Shown here piece after piece: positions 1-12,689 of a stretch of DNA of 64,000 nt. The position numbers and the translations under genes are program-made. Source of the DNA: Bispira polyomma (Eukaryota); the NCBI GenBank assembly GCA_965649765.1, contig OZ287750.1, positions 30,132,001 through 30,196,000 of the forward strand, in the 5' to 3' direction. How positions within the stretch are numbered: the stretch's first letter is position 1; every line of letters starts with the position of its first letter. A model generated the notes under the pieces. It saw only the letters and a program-made list of their open reading frames with translations. It was not told the origin of the DNA and made no database searches.

Positions 1-469
1 TTCATATAGCTAATGTCATTCTATAAAGTATCATGCAATCATTTCATGATACTCCATGCTTTTATTTCAGTAGAAGTCCCCACATAGTTATAGAACTTGC
101 CAAAGGTAAACGTTAAATCCATTGAATTTTTTAGGTTGGTTCGTATTTCAATGTGCAAGTGCTGCATGTATTTGGCACTTGTATCAACCCTAGGACTAAA
201 TATCCGGAGATTTTTTAGATCCAGAAGTACATTGATCAGTATTAAAATATGTTTCAAATGTTAGATTTCATAAAAAAAATAATAACAGCAGAAATTAAAG
301 TAAAAAAAAAAGAGTACAAAATAAACTCAGCTAGAAATGAAATTTTTAAAACCTAAAAAGACATAACAATTAATATTATACAATAATTACAGAATCAGAA
401 AAATTCAGGGAAAGCAATTTCTGGTTTTGTAAAGTTTTGACACATTATTTTACATGAAATGTTTTCCAG

Positions 470-588
470 GCTGATTCAATAGATGATACGGTTCAGCAAT
501 GCTGTCAACGAATAGAAGATATGAAGTTAGATGGAATCACAGACCAACAGAGGAATGATTATAAAAAGAGAAAACTCATCAATGAAGT
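470..588 (+). CDS. FARSA: Phenylalanyl-tRNA synthetase alpha subunit, internal exon (119 bp)
   Basis: ttccag|GCT...GAAGT|gtatgt; translates ADSIDDTVQQCCQRIEDMKLDGITDQQRNDYKKRKLINEV, which aligns with the human FARSA segment VDSMEDEVQ...LRKRKLLAEV; phase continues into the next exon. Confidence 0.85.
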
Positions 589-999
589 GTATGTGTTTGA
601 ATGAAAATATGGTTAAAGTTTTATCTGGACTTTTAATTAAAAAAAATCCTCTTAACTGTTTCTAGAATCTCCCTAATTGCATGCAGCCTATTACAGGACG
701 TGGGAATTGCCAAACAAAACAAACGTGTTTCTACTCAAAGAAATCACAAGTAAAAGTTATAAATCTTTAAATATGTAGCATGACAGGTTATATTTTCTGA
801 ACATAATGTATCTGTTTATATAATTTGAAGCTTTTCCAGCATTTTATGTACATTGTATTGAAACACCGCCAGCAATATGTAGTTTCGGTCGGCCAGTATT
901 CTTGATATCAGGATACCTGAAGTACTGACCCACCCTCTATTCATAATAGATAGTTTTCTAAGTAAAGTAAAATATTTAGTCAGATTTGACTTATTTTCC

Positions 1000-1225
1000 C
1001 TCAACACAAAAACAAGCCCCCTCAGACTATCAGATCACAGGATACAATCAATGGTTTCAGAAGCCATCTCAAAAGTTACCTTTTTCAGACTAGCCTACCT
1101 CCCCTCACCCTTCCCTGGTGGATGCTTTTTGGTAATGACTTTTTGCTTGCCCCTGGACCTTACCTTTTCGGATATTAGAAGATGTTCTCATCGATTTAAC
1201 TCTATAAATGCTTCAATTATTAAAA
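1000..1225 (+). mobile_element. L2/CR1-group LINE 3' end fragment
   Basis: Reads NGFRSHLKSYLF and (after a frameshift) RLAYLP, like the GFRKKLKTYLFNLAYPP C-terminus of the LINE at 45717, followed by a 3' UTR ending tctataaatgcttcaattatta. Confidence 0.6.
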
Positions 1226-1274
1226 CATAGACCTTAGAGTTGATAGTTGGATAACTGTGGACCTGTTTTTGTAG

Positions 1275-1367
1275 GAAAGTCACGAGTTATGTGGTATCTA
1301 AAGGACCTAAATTCACCCTGAGTGTGTCCAAACCAGCAACTGAACTGACAGCTGAGATGATACAAAG
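1275..1367 (+). CDS. FARSA: FARSA internal exon (93 bp)
   Basis: ttgtag|G...CAAAG|gtttgt; KVTSYVVSKGPKFTLSVSKPATELTAEMIQS, cf. human [28 protein letters not shown]; phase 2-2. Confidence 0.92.
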
Positions 1368-1894
1368 GTTTGTTTCACTTATTCTTGTTACAAGCCCATC
1401 ATTTGCTGCTTTTAGATAGTTGTTTCATGCCACATTTCCACATTGATGACAAGTATGGCGATCACCGCTATGAAGTGTTTAAAACCATTTGCTGAAAATA
1501 TGAATATTTTACCTTCATATGCATATCATACTTGTTCAAAACATTGGGATATATGATATTTTTTACGATATATGAAGTAAAGATAGCACTATTATATACA
1601 AATTTATGGTATGAGTTTTAAAGGTTTCGAGATGGCATTGTTAAAAGTTATATAGCTTATGTATACCTTTACCAGAAGAATGGGATATGAAATGAACCAG
1701 ATTTTTTTGTTCGATTTTTACCTCCCAAAAAGCGGTTTTGATTTTTGCAAGCGATTACACGACTAGTAAATATGGAATGTCATTCATAATGTGTCCATAC
1801 ATATCACAATCAAAAATGTATTGTCATATAGAGTGCATCACAAATTTGTTGAGACTGAAGATCTTTAGGTTTTGGGGGGCAAAGTAAGATGGGA

Positions 1895-2340
1895 CAAAGA
1901 ATCAAGATGGTCTGAGACCCTATCAGTAACCCAGACATCAGGTGACAGTTTGAACTTGGAGTAAAATAATTTGTAGCCAGAAGGCGTTATTCCCAAAAGA
2001 TGAGGTGTCCTTGCTGCTTAGCGTTGTCAGAGACTTGCAGGCCACATCAAGGTCATAAGTTTTAATTAGATCAATGGTACCTCATTGCACATTGATCTGG
2101 AATTGAAAGCACCAATTTTGAGTTTGGTTGAGAGAGGACCAGGGTGGATGTTGACATCACCACAAATAGCAGGAAGCAATAGAATCCATGGATTTTCAAC
2201 ATGAGTGTTTGGGACAATGATGTAGATGAATTTTAAAACATAAAAAGACAGTGGTTACTGTATTGATGTTGTCATAAGATGGTAGGAAGAATCTTCATAT
2301 TTCATTTTGGATAGGATAAATTATAAACTTTGTGAATGAG
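1895..2340 (-). mobile_element. Degenerate L2/CR1-group LINE endonuclease fragment
   Basis: Minus strand shows APE-type motifs in the expected order: AICGDVNIH, TIDLI, VSDH; reading frame broken. Confidence 0.6.
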
Positions 2341-2463
2341 TAAAACTCCCTATTATTTTTATGCCGCATTTATCTGTCTCTGGCGTACTGTCATATAGTT
2401 CACAGACTGTCCATAAGTTATATGGTGACTATTTATTAATGGTGTGTGTTCTTTCTGTTTCAG

Positions 2464-2592
2464 TGGATCATGGAAGGAGAAATCTTTCAAGGCCTACAAC
2501 TTCTCGGCCATGGGAGTTCAGCCACAGAGCGGACATTTACATCCATTACTCAAAGTGCGCACTCAGTTTAGGCAGATCTTCTTGGAGATGGG
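2464..2592 (+). CDS. FARSA: FARSA internal exon (129 bp)
   Basis: tttcag|T...ATGGG|gtaacc; [43 protein letters not shown] contains the diagnostic [21 protein letters not shown]. Confidence 0.97.
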
Positions 2593-3245
2593 GTAACCTT
2601 GTCTTCTCTTATATCATTTTTTTTTTTTTTTTTTTTTGGTGCAGAAATCATGCCTGTGTAAAAAGTAAAAAAAAAAATATTAATGATTAAAGTACATGTA
2701 TGTACGGAAGACATTGTTTCATCAGTAATATCTTACCAAGTTCCATGCTTTCCCCAACAGGTTAACACATAAGGGGCCTCGTTGGTAACACACCCACCTT
2801 CCACCGTGACAGTCGTGGGTTTAAGTCTCCACTTTGGTGTCTATTTGGAAAAGTCGGCAGTAAACTGCTTTAGACCAGTTGTTTGCAAAGCCAAAAACTT
2901 GGCCAACTAGTCAACTACCCTGTTCGAGCTCTTCCACCAGTGAACTGCTTGTCATATGACACAAGATGTATTGAAATGGGCATAAAAACTGAACCAAAGT
3001 TTTCCTTAGAACAGCCTATCTTGTATGTAGCAATACATCAGAGCTTATATTATCCAAAAACCTTGGGATAGGTACATTTTTTTCTCTTGGATAACAGAAT
3101 GGGCAGAATTATATAAAGCAGTAGAATAATATATATTTGCGAGAGTCAAAATGAGTTCCTAAAATTAAATATTCAGATAAAAGAGTTTCTATTGTAGTTA
3201 CAGTACACATGTGGTATTGGTTGATTATATTGTCCTGTATTCCAG

Positions 3246-3361
3246 CTTTGCAGAGATGCCCACCAATAATTATGTGGAAAGCTCTTTCTGGAACTTTGAC
3301 ACGCTGTTTGTACCACAAAAACACCCCGCCAGGGATGCTCAGGACACCTTCTTTGTGTCAG
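3246..3361 (+). CDS. FARSA: FARSA internal exon (116 bp)
   Basis: ttccag|C...TCAG|gtcagt; [38 protein letters not shown] contains the PheRS WNFDxLFxPQxHPARDxxDTF motif. Confidence 0.97.
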
Positions 3362-5904
3362 GTCAGTAGTCAACTTAAAGAACATTTTCAATTCGCCACA
3401 TATTTCAAATTTCAAATGATTGTAGAAATAACGCACTCCAATTGTGGTGTTGTGCTGCATTTTACAACGAGTAGCGATATTAGGAGCACGGAGACGATTG
3501 GAGTGCGTTATTTCTATTCTAACAGGACCAATTCCCTATTTTGCAAAAATAAATCTGACCTACTTTTTTTAAACAATATTTTTAAATAATATTTTTAAAC
3601 AATATTTTTAAACAAGTAAGCACTAGGGTGGGTGTCGAAATATAATAGTATAGTATATTTTCTAAGTTCTTTATAAATTCTCCGGTGGATTCTGTAATTT
3701 ATTATTCAACAGCAATGTTAAGGAGAAGTAATCGCCTACCTTGTTATGCGGATATAACACATGCCGGGGAACCAATCAGAATTGCCGACAATGTCGTGTC
3801 GTGTTAGAATAATTATTTAATTAGCTAGATGCACGGCCTTGTGAGAGATGGAAGGGGGGATATGACCTTGCGATTACACATCCTAGTAGCAGAAGACAAC
3901 TCGCATGTTTTCACGTTTTCTACACACATTTTTGTAAACATTTGAAGTTAAAACCCTTATAACCCTGAATTTTGTCCATTTGCACGAGTATCGGAAAACT
4001 GTAATTGTAAATATAACACTTAACATGAGAAAATCATATCAGAATATTTGTTTTCTTTGGGGCCCAAGGTTTTCATCCTAAGCTTACCAAAAACTACGGC
4101 TTAATGACGCCCCTAATCCCTTCAATACTCTGTGTATTAATATTATAGATAATACAGGTTCTGCTTTTCTAGGTGATACTTGGAATTCTATGTTGTGTGC
4201 AATGATATTGTATCTGAAAGATTTACACGAATAACACTCTGTACAGCATGGTACAGAAAGTAAATTCTGTAAAAAAAAATGTACCCGTTGACCTATCTCA
4301 TGATCATCTGACCAATGAAAAGGTCAGTCACATTTTGCCAAAAAACAAACAAACTCTAAGTAGATTATACATATAGTAAGTAGGGGTGGGCCCTTTTGGG
4401 AAATTGGTTCATTATAGAAAATTAAAGGTGGTGGGGTGTGTGTTAGAAAGCGTGGGCTATACTGAGTTTCCTGTAAATAATAAATGTTAGTTTGAATGTT
4501 GCAATTAACTGCACAGAAAAGCGTAGTCCTATGTTATAAAGAAACAATAGCAATAAAATGTTATTACCTCCTAAAGAAGCAAATTAATAACTTTTAGCTT
4601 AATTGACAAAGAAAGAAAGATAAAAATGAAAGTGCACTCGACATGCAAGTCTCCTCTGACATTAAAAGGTCAAATAAAATTAAAAGAGGTAACCAAAACT
4701 ACAGGGCTGATGCTTTTTTTAGTTCCTCAGAGGGGGTTCTTCAGTTTCCCAGAAACAATGAGCCTTCTGTCTAAGTGTGAGCAGTAAATAAAGGCATTTT
4801 TTATAGTGGTAGTGTATGGCTGTTACATGGAGATATAATTATACCCACACAGAAAGAATAATATGCCCTATTAATCCTTTCACAACTGACACAGAAGTTT
4901 TCCCATGTACTGAAGGAAATTACCTCCAGATACAAACCAAGCCAGTCAATAAGAACCCAACCACAGGACAAATGCTTTAGTTTTTCATAATGACCACATA
5001 TATATTTTTCCTTCAACATAGAATTAGCCAGTACTATTAGCATGTTCTGTAAATACCAGTAATAGGGTTATCGACTGCTTGCTTACAGGCATCGTACCTG
5101 CTAATAGGATGTGGTACTATTAACTGCTAGGTGATACATATTTTTGCTTGAAAGGGGTGATTGAGTAAGATGTATACCCTTTATAGAATTATATGGATAC
5201 GGTTAAGCAGAAAGCCACTCAGTGGAGCGCATATGTCTGAAAACAAATTTGTGGATCTACACTTCTAACCAAGATTGGCTCCAAATTTAGTTGATTCTTG
5301 GTCCATGCCCAACTCCTCCACTAAATTTTATGTTAATTGGTTTAGTAGTTTTTGTGTAATCCTGGTTACAAAGGGACAAACACTGAGAACAACCGACTAA
5401 TGAAAAAATAGCCACCTTGTCAGAAATAACAATCCAACCTATATATGTATTGTGAGTTATTTCATCAGGATTGAAATTTAAACTGTCAGCTTTTCACAGC
5501 AGTACTGGTTTAGAATTGCAGCAAAAAATCTAATTAATATATTAATTAGTACAAATTCCTTCAACAGAGCATTGAATGTGGCTAGTTGGTGTGAAACTGC
5601 ATCAGTAGGTATCATTGTTGGTCATAATGAATTTTATGTGGTAAATAGACTGGGTTTTATATGTTTGACTATATTTGTGTCACATTGTGTACGTTTCATT
5701 GATATTACAAAAAATCTCTTACTCAGCTTAGTAGAGTATAAGATTTGAACTTTAGGCTGTATTATACTTCTAGGGCTGTTGGTTTGCTTTGTCTTTATTT
5801 CAGTTAAGGCGTGTCTATGAAATGTAGACAATATCAGTTTTTGTTAATTTTTTTCAATATCAGATGGCCTTACAATTTTAAATGAGTATTCCATGAGAAG
5901 GGCA

Positions 5905-7800
5905 TTTATTTGTATTCACCCCCGCATTTTGCCTTGAATATCTTTGTTTTTACAAATTCTATCAAAATAATTTTTGGCAGGTATTTTTAAATTACTAACA
6001 TTTTACATTTTTACCTATGACCTTTAATAAGATTTGGCATATGCATTATATATACGATAATATCCAGACACCAGTAGATTTGCCGATCAATCGGGCAAAA
6101 ATGACCGATTGACAGGTGATTGATTATGTGGTTTTGATGAAAATCAAATGTGTATATATCTGCTTTATTATTGCTTCTAGAGCTTTTGAATGTATTAGGA
6201 GGGGATAGGAAACTATGGCTTTGGAGTAAAATAAGCCGATCAAATTTTCCCCCCAACCTACCCTTACGGTCAAACTTAGGTAATAAAAGTGCCTTATCTC
6301 TCCTTTATTATTGTTTCTGGAGCTTTGCAATATATTGAAAGGGTATAGGAAACCATGGCTTTGCATTCTAATTAGCCGCTCAAATTTCCCCCTGAACCCT
6401 GTTCAAAGTTAAACTGAAAATGTATCTCCTTTATTGTACCATTCCCTCTCCTGGGAAAACTTTTACAGCTAGGCTCCTGAAATTTACAGGAAATGTTCTT
6501 TATTACAAAACATTGCCTGGGAGTAATTTTGGCCTCATTTCGACGAACAAGATGGCCGCCACAGGCGTTTCTTTGAAAATAATGAGGCTTTTAACTGTGT
6601 CAGTTTCTCATTTGTAGAAGGTTGAATCTCTATATGGGTGATATGTTTATTGGATATATATGTCCTTTATAAGCATGCAGACATTTGACCTTGAATCTCC
6701 TCATTCAAGGTCATCGACAGAGTGCCAAAGTACCCCAAGTGACCGATTTTGACCAAAGTTTCCCTAGTGCCTATATCTCGCTTAATATTGGTCCTAGAGG
6801 TTTGGGATCATAAACAAACCTATAGGATATCATGAACTGGGAATCTTTTTATGTGGTCCGATTTGACCTTGGGCCCCTCGTTCAAAGTCAAATGCAGATG
6901 GCCAAACTTCAAAGTGCCTATATCGCTTAATATTAGTCCTACAGTTTTGAGATCTGAAACCAACCTATTGGAAATCATAAGCAGAGAATCTTTTGATGTG
7001 CTCACATTTGACCTTGATCCTCTCCTTCAAGGTCAAACAGGGATGGCCAAACCTAAAACTGCCTATATCTCACTTATTTTTTGGTCAAACAGGTTTTGGA
7101 TGTGAAACCAACCTATAGGAAATCATTGGCTGGGAGGTCAAATTGGGATGGTCAAACTTTAAAGTGCCTATATCTTGCTTATTATTGGTCCGACAGGTTT
7201 AGAGTGCCAAACCAATCTATTGACAATCATGGGCTGGTAAACTTTCGTGTACTTAGATTTGACCTTGGGCCCCTCGTTCAAGGTCAAATGCAGATGGCCA
7301 AACTTGAAAGTGCCTATATCTCGCTTATTATTGGTCCTACAAGTTTCAAATGTGAAACCAACCTGTACAAAATCGAGGCCTGGGAATCTTTTGATGTGGT
7401 GCAATTTGACCTTTGGCCCCTCGTTCAAGGTCAGGTTTGGTCAAACTTAAAAGTGCCTATATCTCGCTTATTTTTGGTCGTACAGGTTTGGGATGTGAAA
7501 CCAACCTATAGGAAATCATGGGCTGCTAATCTTTTGCTGTGGTCAGATTTGACCTTGGATCCCTTGTGCAAGGTCAAACGGGTAGGCCAAACTTTAAAGT
7601 GCCTATCTCACACTTATTGGTCCCACATGTTTGCAATGTGAAACCCACTTGTGCGATATAAGGCTTTAGCATAAATCCCCTATAGGAAGTCATAGGCTCC
7701 TAGCTTGGGTGCTAGCTAGGATGCTTGCTACCTAAAGTGCTTTGTCTTTCTGGTGGATACAAATATGCATCGGTTCTCCGATGCACTAGGTCAAGTTTTT
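5905..7800 (+). mobile_element. Helentron-associated-like (HINE/DINE-type) non-autonomous element with internal ~146-bp satellite array
   Basis: T-rich ends; subterminal inverted match ATTTGTATTCACC (5908-5920) / GGTGGATACAAAT (7752-7764); 3' hairpin TGCATCGG-ttct-CCGATGCA (7766-7785); internal tandem units. Confidence 0.65.
6760..7650 (+). repeat. Tandem array, ~146-bp unit, about 6 units
   Basis: Anchor (G/C)TGCCTAT recurs at 6767, 6914, 7059, 7164, 7310, 7453, 7599; units contain the inverted motif TTTGACCTTG...CAAGGTCAAA. Confidence 0.9.
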
Positions 7801-9868
7801 GCTTCTTTTCTTCTTAAAGTCTTTATCATAGTTCCAAGACATTTGGCATGTACGTTGCATATGCAAATACCTAGATGTCTGTTAATTTTCAATCGGATGA
7901 TAATTGACCAATTCAATTTTGAATATATGAAACATTCGTATTTCGTTCCTCCTATGTGTACTCTTATCTCATCAACTAATTGACTTTTTCTTGGTATAAT
8001 TTATTCATCTACTTTTCAATTTTCTGTATGATGATGTAAATGTTTCTGAGCTACACGTGCAGTACTTAATGAATAATGAGTTCTGAAATTAAGGACTTGG
8101 CTAAATATCTATTCAATATTATTCCCTAAAAACACTCCAGAGAAAACACAGTCCTAATTATGAATGACTGGTTGTGTTTATCGATTCTACTCATTTTGCT
8201 TTTTAATCCCAGCCTATGAAAGGCAAGATAAGATTTTAATCTGAACTATATTTAAAGGAAAATAACGGTCTGGCTGTCAGACAGTTTTCTTGGAAATGTT
8301 GGTGCTGATGCATCTACAAACCAAACTCCTCGATTGAATTTAAACAGTTTACTTTGTCCTTTGACATGAAAACAGAATTCAAATTTATGCTCATCCCCGT
8401 ATAGTTGGGTGTTGACTATTTTTGTCATAATTTTTACTTTGAAAAATGGGATTTGCATTCAAAGTGAAAGATCACATACATGCACTTATTTGGTGAAATA
8501 AAATATTAACAATGTAATATATATAAATAATATGTAGGTTTGAGTGATCAGAGTTGTATGCAGTACCTGAAAAGTATGTTGTCAATGATTTGCTTGCATG
8601 GGTACAACATAATTATTATAAATTGTTTGTTTAATGACCAAACCAAAGGCCATTAACTTGCAAATATGATTAAACCCACCAGTCGAGAAAAAAACTCGGG
8701 AATGCTAATGCATTATTAGAACTTTAATGAAAAATGTGGCTAGTGTAAAGAATCTTATTGACGTAAGTCTAAATTGCTTTCACCCCTCACTCTTTAATTG
8801 AGTGTGAAACTCATTTAAGTAAACTCGTTATGAACCCTAATTGTCGATGTTATGAGTGGGGCTGCGACTGCTTTTAAAAGTCTGTGTAAAAAAACCCCCC
8901 TACATAACAGCAATTGCCTAAATCCACTACATCCACGGAATCTACACAAAACTTTTCTTCAGTGTCTTTTAACTACATGACATTGTATAACTTTATCAAA
9001 ATGCATGTATGATATCTGTGCTGTTTGCACTAATCTATTCAATTCCTTTTAATAACACTATCTTTAAATGGGTGAAGTCACATGTGTTGTAGTACTGGTA
9101 TAAATGACAGCAGTTTAATAAAGCATGAAATAAAGAAGAACATTTCTGCGTTACGTGGAGATTTGGGGAGATATTTTGGTTCTATAGAGAGAGAGAAAAA
9201 AAGACTCCTAAAAAGTCTACTTACAGAGTTTTCAAGGCCTCTCTCTCCCTGTGTAATACCCCTCCAATATCCTTTTAAACCCAGCCAGATTGTCTAAGCA
9301 TCATCTCACAAATCTTTCATTCTTAGTTCTTATCCCACACTAAAAATGTGAATTGCTTTAAAAAAGGGGACTTTGTTGAGGATTCCAATGGACTACTATT
9401 AAAAGGGGTGGTTTTAAAAGAGGGGTTTCTGATATTTGTTTCAGTTAGTACATTTACACATAATGGGACAGATCATAGGTGAGAGTTTTAAAACGGCTTT
9501 AAAAACAAGAAATAAAAAGGAATCCCTGAATTAATACAGGTAAACATTCTTGTAAGTAGTATACAGAAGAAGGGACCGCAGTCACAGGTACTTCTTTTAA
9601 CATATGTACACTGAAACTCTGTTAAGTCAAATCTGAAGAGACCATAAAACTACTCTAATCTAGTTGTCAACAGAAAAGTCCAAACATTCCCCCAAATCAA
9701 AAACCACCCAAACAAATCTTCTTGTAAAAATTACCTATTAAAACATCTTCAATTAAATGAATCAATGTTATGCACCCAAGAAGTCTGCATAAAAGTTTAA
9801 GACAAAATACTAAGTTTCTCTATTGGTGCGATGCCATGCTCCCACACAGAATTTGTTTGGTTCTCTTA

Positions 9869-10924
9869 GTTTTTACGTCAGTTGCCATGTGTCTGCCTTC
9901 GGCAGACAATGGCAACTGATGTTATACCATGGATAGCTTGACTCCCTAGCGATAGCATAGTTACCGGATGTCCGCAGGGTAATGTCCGCTTGTGGCCGTA
10001 GCTGAGGTCTGACTTTTGGTATATGTGTGCATATATATGTGTAGATGGTCCAAAATTTTTTTTGAGCTGAAATATGTATTTGTTGCAGAGATATAAAGTG
10101 TTTAAGGATGTTAAGAAATCAGATTTGAGTTTGCAAATGATTGACAGCCACAGACTGTTCTTTGTGTCTTATGGTGGGGGCAGCCCTTACAGTAGGAGTG
10201 TGCCAATGGTAGTGTTTCTTCCAGGCAAGCCTGTGTGTGTTGCTAGTTGTTATTCTCTTTGATGTTTTTCTCTTAAATTGGTTTTTTCTTCTTTTTCTTT
10301 GTCTAAGTGTGTGTGTAAGCAGCTAGTGTGTGTTGTTCATTTGTTTTTCTTTGGCAAAATATATAACAAAATATTTTTTGATATGGAGGGAATAAATAAT
10401 TTTGTAGGGGTGGGGGAGGGGGTGTCATAAAAAATTCTTTTATCTTTTTTGGGGGTAATAAAATATTTTTTTTTATAAATTTTTTTTTAATCATAAAAAA
10501 AATCTTATATCTTTTTTTGGTACTCTTTTGTAGGGTCATAAAAAACATTTTGTATCTTTTTTTGGTGTCATAATTTTTTATACATAAATATATTTTTTTT
10601 ATGGTCATAAAAAAAATTCTTGTAGCTTTTTTGGGGGTCATAATATTTTTTTATATATTTTTGGGGGTCATAAAAAAAAATTTATTTTTTTTTAGGGTCA
10701 TAAAATTTTTTTTATCTTTTTTGGGTCATAAAATTTTTTTGTTTTTTAATTTTTTTAAGGTCATAAAAAAAAATTCTTGTATCTTTTTGGGGTCATAAAA
10801 TTTTTTATATATTTTTGGGGGGTCATAAAAAAAATTTGTATCTTTTTTTGGGGTCAGAAATTAATTCTTTTTATATATATTTTTGGGGTCATAAAAAAAT
10901 TTGTATCTTTTTTGGGGGTCATAA

Positions 10925-10982
<58 letters not shown>

Positions 10983-11635
10983 TTTTGGGGGTCATAAAAA
11001 AAAAATTTTAATTCTTTTTTAGGGTCATAAAAAAAAAATTTGCATCTTTTTGGGTCATAAAATTTTTTTGTTTTTTAATTTTTTTAAGGTCATAAAAAAA
11101 AATTCTTGTATCTTTTTGGGGTCATAAAATTTTTTATATATTTTTGGGGGGTCATAAAAAAAATTTGTATCTTTTTTTGGGGTCAAAAATTAATTCTTTT
11201 TATATATATTTTTGGGGTCATAAAAAATGTTTTTGTATATTTTTTGTTTTTTTTTTTAAATTTTTTTTATGGTCATAAAATTTTTTTGGGGGTCATACAT
11301 TTTTTTTTTGTATTTTTTGGGGGGTCATAAAATTGTGTGGTGGGTGTGTGTGAAGAGAGGGATTGTCGGCAGCTACAAAGGTTCTGGCTTTGAATTTCTG
11401 CAGGGATTGGTGTAACTACACTTGTCTTTTGTTTTATATCCTTTTGTATCTTCTGTTCATTCTCAGATCATAATACCTTGCTAACGCCTTTACCACACTC
11501 TTGAACTACTTTTCATTACACATCTTCAAACAAATGAAACAACACATCACACCACTACCCATTAACAGTTCAAACACACTGTCAGCACATCTGACGCTGT
11601 GGCCCCCCCGGGCCACTCCATTCGGTTCTTGTTTT
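9869..11635 (+). mobile_element. Helentron-associated-like non-autonomous element with internal low-complexity array
   Basis: 5' T-run then hairpin ACGTCAGTTGCCAT..TGTCTGCC-ttc-GGCAGACA-ATGGCAACTGATGT; 3' subterminal CATCTGACG plus hairpin GTGGCCC-cccc-GGGCCAC (11599-11616) then cttgtttt. Confidence 0.6.
10420..11330 (+). repeat. Degenerate ~30-bp minisatellite (GGTCATAAAAA...TTTTT) with a 329-bp higher-order duplication and a (TA)n tract at 10930-10974
   Basis: Repeated ggtcataaaaa motif; identical ORF starts at 10777 and 11106 are 329 bp apart. Confidence 0.9.
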
Positions 11636-12604
11636 ATACATTGTAACCCTGTTAAGTAGAATCTGAAAGGACCATAACATTTTGTTCTACTAACAGTAAA
11701 TATTACTGAAAAGGATAAATTTTAATTAGCAATGGGACCTTAAACTAACCCCTACTTAACAAGAAATTCCACTTGCCAGAATTCTACTTAAAGGGGTGTG
11801 ACTGTATTGATCAAAAGTCTTCAATTCAGCCTTCAAAAAGAAATATCTATAACAATATTTATAATATTATTGTGATTGCCTCTGTGATGGTTATATAAAA
11901 TTTGCCATTACTTATTATTGACAAATTATCTTTCAATTGCAGCCAGGAACCCAAAAATGTTTGTGGTCAGAATTTAAGCATTTTTTTTAGTACACATTAA
12001 CATAGTCATGCATAAAATTTTTGACATTATGTTAAATTTGTGTGTTTTATATTTGAAAGCCACTATGACTGTACATGTATGTGTTCTACACTTCATTGTA
12101 TACACTAGATGTTGCCCTGTGCTACAAGCACGGTTTTGATGGCGGGTGGGGGGGGGGGGAGCTGACACACAAGATAAAGATGGCGATTTTTTTACCAAGG
12201 AAAATATACATATTTGTAAACAAGAACTCTGACTTCAGTAAATAATGTGACTTGTTTGTGCAGCCCAAGTTTGTCATCATTTAATACTAAAAATAGTGAC
12301 TTACCACACCCACTTACCACGCCCACAACTTCTTTAACTGCGTATTAATATTATAGTTCATTTTTATCAAGGCAACGCCTGATATGGTTTTAAATAAATA
12401 AAAAGTGTCGTATAAAATAATATGTAAAGAGGTTCATGGATTGTTTGGAAGGAATCGACCCATCTTAACTGAGTGGGGTGTCAAATGACTATTTGTAGGG
12501 AGTGCCAAGTGGGCGATAGTATATAGTGCCCATATCAACGTTAGTGTATTGCACAATGTGCGCCTATGTCTTTTGTTAAAAGACAACTCTTGTTTTGCAT
12601 TCAG

Positions 12605-12689
12605 ATCCGGCCAATGCCACCCAGTTCCCTAAAGAGTACCTGGAGAAGGTGAAGGCAGTCCATTCTGAGGGGGGATATGGATCACAGGG
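12605..12689 (+). CDS. FARSA: FARSA internal exon (85 bp)
   Basis: attcag|AT...CAGGG|gtaaga; [29 protein letters not shown], cf. human DYVQRVKRTHSQGGYGSQG; phase 1-2. Confidence 0.96.

Noticed and set aside
2361-3589. ORF-track ORFs 2361-2690 and 3209-3589 as independent genes
   Set aside because: They overlap FARSA exons in the wrong frame; the spliced FARSA frame explains the coding signal
6820-7641. 186-aa and neighbouring ORFs
   Set aside because: They lie wholly within the ~146-bp satellite; no recognisable protein motifs
10303-11330. Hydrophobic or Lys-rich ORFs
   Set aside because: Translations of T/A homopolymer minisatellite
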